This document shows positions 1 to 26,075 of a stretch of DNA of 64,000 nt, piece after piece. The stretch's first letter is position 1; every line of letters begins with the position of its first letter. The notes under the pieces are model-generated. The model was not told where the DNA came from. It searched no databases and saw only the letters and a program-made list of their open reading frames with translations. Position numbers and translations under genes: made by a program. Source of the stretch: Hormiphora californensis (Eukaryota > Animalia > Ctenophora); NCBI GenBank assembly GCA_020137815.1, contig CM035353.1:930001-994000 (forward strand). Reading direction: 5' to 3'.

Positions 1-459
1 AACTCCACAAACGGGCGGCTGATCGAACATTTCGACATGACTCACGCCAATGAATCTACCTTTCTCTGCTCCTCCACATGCCTGATACATAGCGTCATCA
101 TTTGGACAGCGCACAGAATACTCAGTTGTAAGTAAACGTGTCCGAATGTCAAAGACTCCCCGTTTCGTATAGGTCACATTGGGCGAAGTGACACATTGAA
201 AGATGCCGATACGCCTATTCCTATAGTCCTCCTCGTTACAAATGCGGGCTAGGAATCCACGATTATCAGCGATGGGACAAAGTTTTCCGTCGTTATAGGC
301 ATCTTGGTCAGGGAGTGAAGTATGTACTCTAGGGAGTGAAGTATGTACTCTAGAGGGGGTTCCTAAATTTTCATCTTTAGGAATCTTGGTGGTGTTTCCT
401 ATAAACCAGAGAGACCCGACTGTTGAAAACAGACAGAGTTCAATCATAATAAGGAACAT
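1..459 (-). CDS. 5' part of a secreted or receptor-type cysteine-rich protein running off the left edge
   Basis: Not in the ORF track because there is no stop in the window. Open from ATG 459: MFLIMIELCLFSTVGSLWFIG (signal-peptide-like)...RVHTSLPRVHTSLP (in-frame 21-bp duplication)...CPNDDAMYQACGG...PPVCGV. Preceded by tttctacag. Confidence 0.6.
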   Translation of the reverse strand, partial: MFLIMIELCLFSTVGSLWFIGNTTKIPKDENLGTPSRVHTSLPRVHTSLPDQDAYNDGKLCPIADNRGFLARICNEEDYRNRRIGIFQCVTSPNVTYTKRGVFDIRTRLLTTEYSVRCPNDDAMYQACGGAEKGRFIGVSHVEMFDQPPVCGV

Positions 460-854
460 TTTCCTGTAGAAATTGTAACGATTAAAATTATAGTAAACAT
501 TAGGATAATAAAAACAATAAAAGCAGCACTTAGTGCAATTGTATACACGCTCATACCATTTGAATTGTTCATACTTTATACGGAACACAGTGTCAGGCGA
601 CTCAACATACCATGTAGGGGTTACTAGAATAAAAACTAAATATATATCTACACGGCAACCAGAGGCCAGAGCGGTTCACCATTGGCTAGAAAAAGCTAGA
701 AAAAGCTAAAAAAAAAGCTAGAAAAAGCTAAAAAAAGCTAAAAAAAGGCCATCGACCAAAATCAGGGTACCGTTAGCTTTTTTAGGGCTAGACCCCCAGT
801 CTTTACACTTTCCAGTTTCCAAAATTTACCACATTGTGGTACCACACGCATCCA

Positions 855-1057
855 TATTTTTCTCTTTCCAACGCTCCTGGACTGGAGCACGACATAAATT
901 AAGTATTTAGCCATATATATATATATATATATTGTATATACATAATATGTATATACAATGTATATACATATTATGTATATACAATATATATATATATATG
1001 GCTAAATACTTAATTTATGTCGTGCTCCAGTCCAGGAGCGTTGGAAAGAGAAAAATA
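855..1057. repeat. Inverted repeat (~58-bp unique arms) around a (TA)n-rich core
   Basis: tatttttctctttccaacgctcctggactggagcacgacataaattaagtatttagcc and its exact reverse complement flank the TA-rich tract at ~912-998. Confidence 0.85.
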
Positions 1058-2093
1058 AGACCTTCCCAACGGCTCCAAAACAAATTCTCTTGCCGAGAAC
1101 CGCAGAGATATGGGCTGCGAAACGCAAACAACAGAGTGCAGAGTGGCTTCACCAATACTAGTGCTGAAAATGTATCAATAAACCCCCTATTTCGAAAACC
1201 AAAACACACGACAAAATATGCTCAAAATTCATGAAAAGTCGAATGACTACGGTAAACGAAAAGTTCAAGATATCTCGTAACTCTGCAGTCTGCTAAGTTG
1301 AGAAAACACGGAAACCTAGGTACGTGGGTTGACTGCATGCAGAAATTTCATTTTAAAGGGATAATCTCAATGCTTTGAAAATAATAATAGTTTATAAATC
1401 TATTGTGAGTTTAAGATTTAACAAACACAAAGGAGTGATCTTTTCTACAAAATGACACCTCAATTCAAAGACCTAGGTCTCTTCAACATTAAATGCTTTT
1501 TTGTGCGTTTTTGACGTCGTGGACAACGCCCCGGGCAGTGTCGCACAGGCGACCTATTATATATTATGGTCATTATTTTTTTAACTTGTGCAACTACCAA
1601 ATTTTTTAAAATGATCATAGCAAATTAGCTGCGGCTACCGGAAATTTACTCAGCACCTCAAAAATTCAAGTAGTGTTGAAAGTTTACTTTGGTGAAAAAC
1701 TGAAGTCTCTAGTATAGCTCACTCCAGTGAGGTGCTATATCATTTCTACGCCATGAGGTGCTATCGTGAAGTGCCCCCGATTTGTAGAAATCTCCTCAGA
1801 TTTGCAAAGACGGTTTCTCCAGGGAAAAATACAGTGCTGTATAACAGGTAGGCGAAGTATGAGATATTTGAAGAGTATCTTATGGCTGATTGAATGATTG
1901 CAAGGCTCACTGAACACTCAGACAGTGGATCGTGAGTAAAGGGACAGGAGACCCTCAGCTACCACGTACAAGTGGTGGTTTCCCGTAGCATGCTAGGTCG
2001 TGTTAAAGTTTCACCAGGACGCCGTGATCAGTGAAGAAATTAGCCTATTGCAAATTATTTCCAGTCACAGTGAAGAAATTAGCCTATTGCAAA

Positions 2094-2610
2094 TTATTTC
2101 CAGGCACAGCTGTTTGATATCATACTAGAGGCTAGAGCGTGAATATCATGTTGATGCGATTTCAACACGGCACACGCATTATAACATCGAAAGTTCGGTG
2201 GAGAGGACCCAGTGTTATATGTACATGGACGAGCTTGGTTACACAGAAAATCTAAATTAGAATTATTATTACATCTATACTACCTGACTGTTTTCTTTCC
2301 TTTTCCAGAAAATAGTTGGAGATTATGGTACGATACGGGCTCCCCGTCCAGTGACTTCACTCTACAGGTTTTAGTCTTCCCTGAAAAGAACAATTATTAT
2401 AAAGTTAATCATGAGCACGCTTATTATATTAACTTGATAAAATTAAAAAACTAAAGGAGTTATTGCACTGTGACAGTTATTAAACTTACCCATCTTTTCA
2501 TTCGACGTGGAAGACTTCTTATCTCCATGACCATGTTGCTTCTGCTTGGCTTCATTTACTGTCACAAATATAGTCAATACCAACGCGAGGAGCAAAATAA
2601 ATCGACACAT
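2094..2610 (-). CDS. Putative small secreted protein, 2-3 exons
   Basis: Exon 2490-2610 MCRFILLLALVLTIFVTVNEA|KQKQHGHGDKK... ends at a GTAAGT donor. Exon 2284-2380 is open in the matching phase. The possible third exon 2094-2251 (four Cys) is out of phase by one base. Confidence 0.45.
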
Positions 2611-2817
2611 GGCAAATGTTAATACTGATTAAAGCAGAGCTGTTATGAACAGCTTTTTATTTTTGTTTTGTCTATCACTACGCTTATCATATATCTGCGT
2701 TGACTTGTTATTAATGATGGCACGCGTCATCTTTAATAACAAGTCAAGAGTTTAAAACTTGCACACTGGTTGTTGATCATCACGTCATCCAGAGCCAGTT
2801 CACGACCATCTTACTAT

Positions 2818-3914
2818 GGCAGGTGAGTAGAACTTCGCTCCTAATAAAAGGCTGCAATAAAAGGCTGCATTAAAAGGCTGCATTAAAAGGCTGCATTAAA
2901 AGGCTGCAATAAAAGGCTGCAATAAAAGGCTGCATTAAACGTATCCAACTGGACTAAAGCAGGAGATAGACCGAATCGTCCTCCCCTAATAGTGTTTCGT
3001 TTCACGTATCGGTTTCTACCATAAGCGCGGCGGTAGAGAGACCGAATCACCCTCTCCTAATTATAGTGATTCTTGCCATCTATCCAACTAAACCATGGGC
3101 GGTAGATAGACGGAGATAGAGAGTTAGAGAGGTGAGAGTGAGAGATCCGAATCATGAACGACTAATCAAGTATTGTATCACGTTTCATGATATCCTCTAA
3201 TTAATTAAATGAAAGGCGGTTACCTATAATTTGACCTAATCGGTACCAATACGTTCATGATTTTCTACCGTTATTTGCCAATAGTCTGTATGTACAAAAT
3301 TCAGTAGAGCGGAATCACACATAATACTATGATAGGTGAACCAAGTGGTTGGGTGGTTCACCTGTCATTGTGCTACACGCTCATTGCTCAATCAATAGAT
3401 CTACCCTACCTCATTATACCAACACTCTCAGTAGTTACTGACTACCTCTACTGAATCGTGGAATGTGGATCGATACGGAAAGACTAATGGAGAATACATA
3501 GCGGTAGAGAATCACGTATCGGGACCGATGAGGTCTCATCGTCAATTGGTAACCGCTTTTCATTAGAGGATACCATGGTACGTGATACCATGATACCGTG
3601 ATTCTGATTTTTCACTCTCTCAGTTCTCACTCGTACTCGCTCTCTATCTCGGTCTCTCTATCGCTATATATGGTCTAGTTGGATACCTGACACGAATCAC
3701 TATAATTAGGGGAGGGTGATTCGGTCTCTCTACAGCCGATACGTGATACGAAACACTATTAGCCATTAGGGAAGGACGATTCGGTCTATCCCCCGCTTTA
3801 GTCTGGTTGGATACGTGATCCCTTGCAGCCTTTTATTGCAGCCTTTTATTGCAGCCTTTTATTGCAGCCTTTTATTGCAGCCTTTTATTAGGAGCGAAGT
3901 TCTACTCACCTGCC
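2818..3914. mobile_element. Non-autonomous foldback DNA transposon with 8-bp TSD (Merlin/MuDR-like GG termini)
   Basis: Termini ggcaggtgagtagaacttcgctcct...aggagcgaagttctactcacctgcc. Subterminal 14-bp repeats (aataaaaggctgca). Long imperfect palindrome. TSD cttactat at 2810-2817 and 3915-3922. Confidence 0.85.
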
Positions 3915-4535
3915 CTTACTATATTAAATGCAGATCCGTCCATTTGGATCACATGTCACACATATATTCCTTTGGAGGTCGGATGTCATCCCACTCATTC
4001 GGATCGGATCGGATCGGATCACATTATAGGGATCTGAATTCTGATCCCATACCACAAATGTCAACAGCCCCCTACCACATAGAGGTAGAACACAGTGCTC
4101 AGCTACAGTAACCGAGTGACAGAGAAGGGGAGAGACATCAAAGAGGCCAGAGGTAGAGATAGAGCACGGGGAAAGGGAATGGAGTTTCCTCTAGATTTGT
4201 TCCCTTTTATGTTCCCTTCTGCGTGTCCTTCACTCTTTTGGGGGTTGCCACATTCCATGATATTAATATAATATAAGCACTGATCCGTAGTTATCCACAG
4301 TGTAGGCAGCTCTTTCAATTCAAACTCCCATGACTGATGACAATCTGTAAAAGATTTTGGGACGTGGAAAACTAGGAGGCCCAGGAGCAAAGCACCACCC
4401 CCGGCGTCCCGCGAGCAGGCCAAGGGCGCAACCATCTGACTTGGCAAATTTGCGCCACACGATCCGTAAAAAAGGCATATCAATTATCAACTGGTGACAG
4501 GACTGTCTTGACAGATGACAGCAAGGGACTGTCAT

Positions 4536-5051
4536 GAGAGCCCCGTTACGATATGGGTGTTTGCTGGCCTATTTTCAGATGTGCGCTGCCAAAAAACTAA
4601 AAAGTACCCTGCGCTAAAATGGCTCTAACCACCAAACCACTCAACCGTTTATCTGATAGGAAATGTCAAGCCCTATCTCAAACCCCAACCCTAACCCTAA
4701 CCCCACTTTAGCTGACAAGTGACAGTAAACACCCGGATTTTTGGCAAACGTTGCAGCGTAGGATAAGGCAGGGCTTTTCAACCCGGATTTTAAACGTTGG
4801 CCCTGTCACTAGGGCGCCGTTACGATCTGGGTGTTTGGTGGGCTGTTTACAGGTGCGTGCTGCCAAAAAAGTTGATACACTAAAATCGCTCCAACCGCCA
4901 AACCACTAAACCGATTTCGCTAAAAATAATTCAAAGTTTATCTGGTAGGAAATGTCAAGGCCTAACCCCAACCCAAACCCCAACCCTTCTTTAGCCTTAA
5001 CCCTGAAAAACCGTCAGCACTCTCGAAACACCCAGATTTTAACGCTGGCCC
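4536..5051 (+). mobile_element. Two tandem copies of a ~250-bp MITE with internal degenerate (CCCTAA)n
   Basis: Imperfect TIR gggcgccgttacgatctgggtgttt / aaacacccagattttaacgctggccc. Further copies at 25206-25454 (with TSD) and ~43635-43925. Confidence 0.75.
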
Positions 5052-5939
5052 AGGGCCCTGTCATGTTTTTTATTCACTAACCCCAACACCGATTGGCATC
5101 ACTTTCCAAGTTTCCAACAGCCGAAGAGAAGCTGCCGAAGAGAAAGGGGTAACCGTATGAAGAGTTAATCGCGATGAGTCTCATTCACATTGGCCCTGTC
5201 ATGTGACTTTTCTTTTGGTAATCAAATAAATTACAATAAATTACCCACACACCCTCAATATACTCATTCTCCCTCTCTCTGCTCACGTATCTCGAAAGTC
5301 AACATCTTCCACTCTGACTGGGATCACACGTCTCTTGGTGCCCCTAAGCGCAACAAATGTTGATCTCAATAATTTGGTAATTAAAAAAAAGTCATGTGAC
5401 AGTCCTGACCGCGGGAAAAATAAACAAAATTAAAGATGAGGCGCGCAGCGCGGCGTTTAATAATAATCCGCGTTATGTTATTTGCGCGTTTCGCGCGAGA
5501 TCTTTCATCCAAAGTGAGTCGCGCGTTCCATACCGTACCATGAACAGAAGTCAATTTACGGACATTCTGGAATCACCTGTTCCTTCTCCACGACTCTCTG
5601 AATAGCAATGACCAATCTTCTGGGTAACTTCATCATTGATCATTGAACATGAAGTTACCCAGAACATTCCTACATTAACTGGATATTGAGATTTTTTCAG
5701 GGTCCTTGTATCCGAAGTGCAGGCTACAGCTGCCCCCCATTCTGGGGGCCCCAGATTGAAACTTTTTTCCGACCTGTGCCTTATCTGGGTATATATACCC
5801 GGTATACAAAGTACAAACATCATAATTTGGTCTGTTTTTGAAACTCAATCAGTGTTATTGTCATAATAAAGATCATAGTGATAAACTATATTGTGTCAAA
5901 AATATACAACATGTGGAAAATATATATATTATGTATATA

Positions 5940-6025
5940 CATTCGGACCCCGATTTACCGGGATGCTCGGGGGGAAAGGGTTTCGCCCGGTAAATCGGGG
6001 TTCCTGGTAAATCGGGGTCCGACTG
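5940..6025. mobile_element. Tc1/pogo-type MITE (CAGT-like ends)
   Basis: cattcggaccccgatttaccggg...ggtaaatcggggtccgactg. Fragments also at ~12228-12250, ~41448-41507 and ~56872-56950. Confidence 0.6.
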
Positions 6026-6441
6026 CAGCATGAAAATCAACAATACAAGCTATTTCTCAACTATCAATATGGTTGTGTGTATTTCTCAACTATAATAATT
6101 ATTCACGTCCCTATTTCTCTTGTACGCTATCTCCTTCTCCTGGAATGCTATCTAAACAAAATAACAACAATTTCAATTAACCAGCATCTCTATCTCCCTG
6201 TCTATCTAATTGGACAACCCACTCCGAGCAATATTTAGACCTTTAAAACATGTATCATTCTAATTAATTCTTTTTCTCTCATTTTTCCATCAATCATCAA
6301 TCGGTCACACAATCTCATGCCATAAAAATCTTCTTATTAGCTCCCTCCTCTCAAAGCAGGAACACACATATAAGTCATTGCATCTGTGTTCCTGCTTCGA
6401 GAGGAGGGAGGTTCTCACTACCACACTGTTATACACCAGTT

Positions 6442-22064
<15,623 letters not shown>

Positions 22065-22192
22065 AAACTAGCGGAGTCTAGGGAGAAAGAGGGTGAGAGA
22101 GAGAGAGAGTGGTAGTGTGTAGTAATTAGAACACTCAAAATTGCATTTTTCTAATAAATTAAGAGAAACCCAATATGTAAATAAAACATTCA

Positions 22193-22690
22193 TCAGCGCT
22201 TTTTACGCCTCTGAACCATTGTGAATCCATCCTCATCTACAACGGGCTCCTCTCGTATGGTTGTGCGCTCTACGATTTCAGACAGTGCCGTCTCATCTTC
22301 CACCATCTCTTCCTCTTGAGACTCGCCTTTTTTAGAGTCTGCAAGGGCCTTCTTAGCACATGGGAAGTGTTTAGTTATCGTAGCTGTAGAGTCGGGCGAT
22401 GTTTCAAGTTCTCGAAGACAACACAAAAGGGCATTGGCAAGATCTTTGAAGGAACCGTCTTCGTCGATGATATTAAAATCGTGAAATGCAACGGCCTCCA
22501 ATGTTTCCTCGAAGTCGTGACGTTCCGCTTTTGTATCGCACAGAAATACTAGGTCCTCGGCTAGCTGAGAGAGCTTTTCTGTCTCATTCCCACCTGCCAT
22601 GCCATGCTGAATTGCAAGTTGTAGTGATGTCCAACTATTCAAAGCACTGTCTACCACTATTCGAACCAAACTCGTGCCATTTTCCGTCAT
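22193..22690 (-). CDS. TSR2: Pre-rRNA-processing protein TSR2, single exon
   Basis: WTSLQLAIQHGMAGG (WGG-domain-like), FNIIDEDGS, acidic tail ending VDEDGFTMVQRRKKR. First ATG at 22690. Confidence 0.85.
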   Translation of the reverse strand: MTENGTSLVRIVVDSALNSWTSLQLAIQHGMAGGNETEKLSQLAEDLVFLCDTKAERHDFEETLEAVAFHDFNIIDEDGSFKDLANALLCCLRELETSPDSTATITKHFPCAKKALADSKKGESQEEEMVEDETALSEIVERTTIREEPVVDEDGFTMVQRRKKR

Positions 22691-22789
22691 TGGAAGCTGT
22701 AAAATTTGTGCGTTAAAAGGGCCAGGGATTTGCAAATTTTGAGACAAAAAACTTAAAATTTTCGAAGATTTTTTTGTATTGGTGGCGCA

Positions 22790-24891
22790 TCCTATGTAGC
22801 GTCCCGGCTAGTTCCACTGAGCAAGAAACCAAACGGTATCAGACCAATTGGGATCGGTGAAATACTTAGACGACTGGTGGGCAAAGTTATCACTCGAGCT
22901 CTCAAACCGGACATTATTGAATGCACAGCACCTATTCAACTGTGTGCAGGACTCGAGAGCGGTGTGGAGGCTGCTGTTCACGCAGCAAGAGATTTATTTG
23001 AGAGTGAAAATTGTGAATGTGTTTTGCTTGTAGATGCTAGTAACGCTTTTAACTCTTTAAACCGTGTGTCAGCTTTAAATAACATTAACTATACCTGCCC
23101 TGAATTCGAATTATATCTTAAAAATACTTACGGTTTAACTGCTGATCTCTTCCTATGCGATGGCATGACCCATGAGACTATGAAATCAGCTGAGGGTACA
23201 ACCCAGGGAGACACAGCGGCTATGCCTATGTATGCTTGTTGCCTCATGCCCCTCATTCGCTCCTTGAAGGACTCCTCCCTTACTCAAATATTCTATGCCG
23301 ATGATGGACTAGGTGGAGGCAAACTGTCGTCAGTAAAATCATGGTGGGACAAAATTAAGAGTGACGGACCGGGCTACGGATACCTCCCCAACCCCGGAAA
23401 ATCGTGGTTAATTGTAAAACCCCAATATGAAAAAACTGCAAGGGAAATTTTCACCGATGTCAACATCACCACAGACGGCCAACGATACCTAGGCTCATAC
23501 ATCGGAACAGAAGAGAGCCAGAGGGAATTTGTTCAGAACGAAGTTGCGAAATGGAACGAGGAAATCAGTCAACTCTGTGAAATAGCAGCAAACGAACCAC
23601 AGCTGGCCTATAGTGCATATACCATCGGGATCTCGAAAAGGTGGAGCTACCTCATGAGAACAACTCCAGGAATATCCAACCAACTTGGGGTCATCGAGAA
23701 AACCATCCACCAGAAACTTCTCCCTGCACTAACTGGTCAACACGTTATCAGCGACAGCTTGAGATCAGTCGCCTCCCTTCCTGTAAGATTTGGAGGATTG
23801 GGAATTGATAACCCAGAACAATCAGCAGATTCGGAGTACAGCTTTTCTAAATTTATCACAGAGGATTTGTCTGCAGCGGTTCTTGGCCAACACGAAACAT
23901 ATCAGGTTAACAAAAACCAACAAACTGAGAAATCATTAATTGTTCGCCGTACCAAAAATGACATTCATCAACAGAAAATCGAGGAAATTCGAAGCAAAAT
24001 GAGTAGTGCCGAAAGCAGGAACCTTGATCTCCTGTCTGAGAAGGGTGCATCTTCTTGGTTAACTTGTCTTCCCCTCCAAACACTGAACTTTACCTTGAAC
24101 AGGCAAGAATGGTATGATGCTATTTCTGCACGATACAACTTGCCTCTGACGGGAGAAGCACTGCCTATCAACTGCGTTTGCGGAGAGGAAAACAGTATTG
24201 ATCACGCAATTTCATGTAAAATTGGCGGTTTTGTTTGCTTTCGCCACAACAATGTCAGAGACTTCATCGCAAGTGAATTCAGTAATGTGTGTCATGATAC
24301 GAAAGTTGAACCTCATCTGTTAAATGTACGAGGAACGAGTCTGCCAGAGGGAACAATTTTGGCGGATGGTGCTCGCCTAGATATCAGTACACGTGATTTC
24401 TGGTCTAGTATGGATAACACCTATTTCGATGTGAGGATTTTTAATCCTAGGGTGGCGTCTAACTCTAACCAGTCAATCTCTAAAGTGTACGAAAAACACG
24501 AAAGGGAGAAAAAGACTGGCTACCTTCATCGGGTCATTGAGGTGGAAAAATCATCATTTACTCCTTTGGTGATGTCCACGACGGGGGGCCTCGGCCGAGA
24601 ATTTAAAAAGACACTGAAACAACTCGCCGACAAGAAAGCTAAGAAAACGGGATACTCCTATGACCAATGCATCCGTTATCTTCGACTACGACTTTCTTTC
24701 GCCATGGTGTGATCAATAACCATCTCCATCAGGGGGCATCGGGGAAGATTGAGGGGCGAAGGCAACAGGGACGAGCAGCTATACCAAGTTGGGTAACTGA
24801 CTCTATTTTTATATTTAATTTATTACAGTTTTGATTATTGTCAAGTGTATACACGTATTTATATTCAGGCCGATGTTGGCCGCCACCCCCC
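22790..24891 (+). mobile_element. 5'-truncated CRE-clade non-LTR retrotransposon (RT, zinc knuckle, restriction-like endonuclease)
   Basis: SRLVPLSK..GIRPIGIGEILRR, VDASNAFN, EGTTQGD, FYADD, CVCG..HAISC, RHN, RLDI...FDVR (PD-(D/E)xK type). 14-bp TSD gtattggtggcgca at 22776-22789 and 24892-24905. Confidence 0.9.
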
Positions 24892-24964
24892 GTATTGGTG
24901 GCGCAGCTCCTTTTTGAAAACAGCGCGCGAAATTGCAGCGTTGTTGCAAAATCAGAAGCAGACT

Positions 24965-25124
24965 CCTTAAAGTCCATTTTTTTTCAACTGTTCACCCCCC
25001 AAAGTCGTGCGCGGAAATGTTTTGCGCGTCTATCACATGTTAACGTGTAGCGCGCGCAGCGTAAATTAAAATATCGCACGCGCACGAGTTGGAGGGTGAA
25101 CAGTTGAAGAAAAATGGACTTTAC
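24965..25124. mobile_element. Palindromic MITE with TA-AAGTC...GACTT-TA ends
   Basis: taaagtccatttttttcaactgttcaccc...gggtgaacagttgaagaaaaatggacttta. Related ends at ~25953-26075. Confidence 0.7.
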
Positions 25125-25151
25125 GGCGCAGTGCATCGCGATGCAGCGCAA

Positions 25152-25950
25152 ATGAGGCCCCTCGGAAATGTTCAAGTTTTTTTTTCAAGTCATGCACAAT
25201 CAAGTGGCCAGCGTTAAAATCTGGGTGTTTCGTGAGTGCTGACAAACGGTTTTTTAGGGTTAGGGCAAAAGTAGGGTTAGGGTTAGGGCTGGGGTTTGGG
25301 TTGAGGTTAGGCCTTGACATTTCCTACCAGATAAACTTTGAATTAGCCAAAACGGTTGAGTCGTTCGGCGGTTAGAGCCGTTTTAGTGAATCAACTTTTT
25401 TGGCAGCGCGCACCTGTAAACAGGCCACCAAACACCCAGATCGTAACGGCGCCCCAATCAAGTCACGCCCACCAATCACGCGCGAAGCACTCCGCGCGTT
25501 CTGAGCTGTGATAAGGAACCATAATAAAGTTCAAGAGCGCACCCCATCCAAGAGCGTACCACCTCCAAAAGAAACCACTCCCAGAGCGCACCACATCAAA
25601 GAGAGCTCCCCATCCAGAAGATACCGCGCGCAGGGGACACCATGCGCAGAAGAGACCGCACGCGCAAATACAACGCCGCGCTGGTCTCTTCTGCGCGTGG
25701 TGTCCCCTGCGTGTGGTATCTTCTGGATGGGGAGCTCTCTTTGATGTGGTGCGCTCTCGAAGTGGTGTCTTCTGGAGGTGGTGCGCTCTTGGATGTGGTC
25801 TCTTTTGGGTGTGGTGCGCTCTCAGGTGTGGTCTCTCTTCGATCGGGTGCGCTCTTGGGTGCTCTTGGAGGCTCTTGAACTTTATTATGGTTCCTTATTG
25901 GTGGGCGTGACTTGATTGTGCATGACTTGAACATTTCCGAGGGGCCTCAT
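25152..25950. mobile_element. TIR element carrying two nested MITEs (25206-25454 and 25514-25895)
   Basis: TIR atgaggcccctcggaaatgttcaag...gtcatgcacaatcaagtcacgcccaccaat is interrupted by an insertion with TSD caatcaagt. The inner palindrome aggaaccataataaagttcaagagc is flanked by TA. Confidence 0.8.
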
Positions 25951-26075
25951 ACTAAAGTCCGTTTCAAGCGACTTGACCCGTAATTCTTGGAATTTGGCGC
26001 ATTGCACGTGTATTTACAAAGGGGAAATCCTGAATTTCCAGGAATCTTAGGTCAAGTCGTTTGAAACGCACTTTA

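Noticed and set aside
4103-5823. Minus-strand ORFs 4103-4483 and 5551-5823 as a gene
   Set aside because: No recognisable domain and no confident splice model; left uncalled.
22780-22790. CRE target as a tRNA-iMet or SL RNA gene (gtggcgcagc)
   Set aside because: The match is only ~10 nt and the reconstructed empty site has no B box or cloverleaf.
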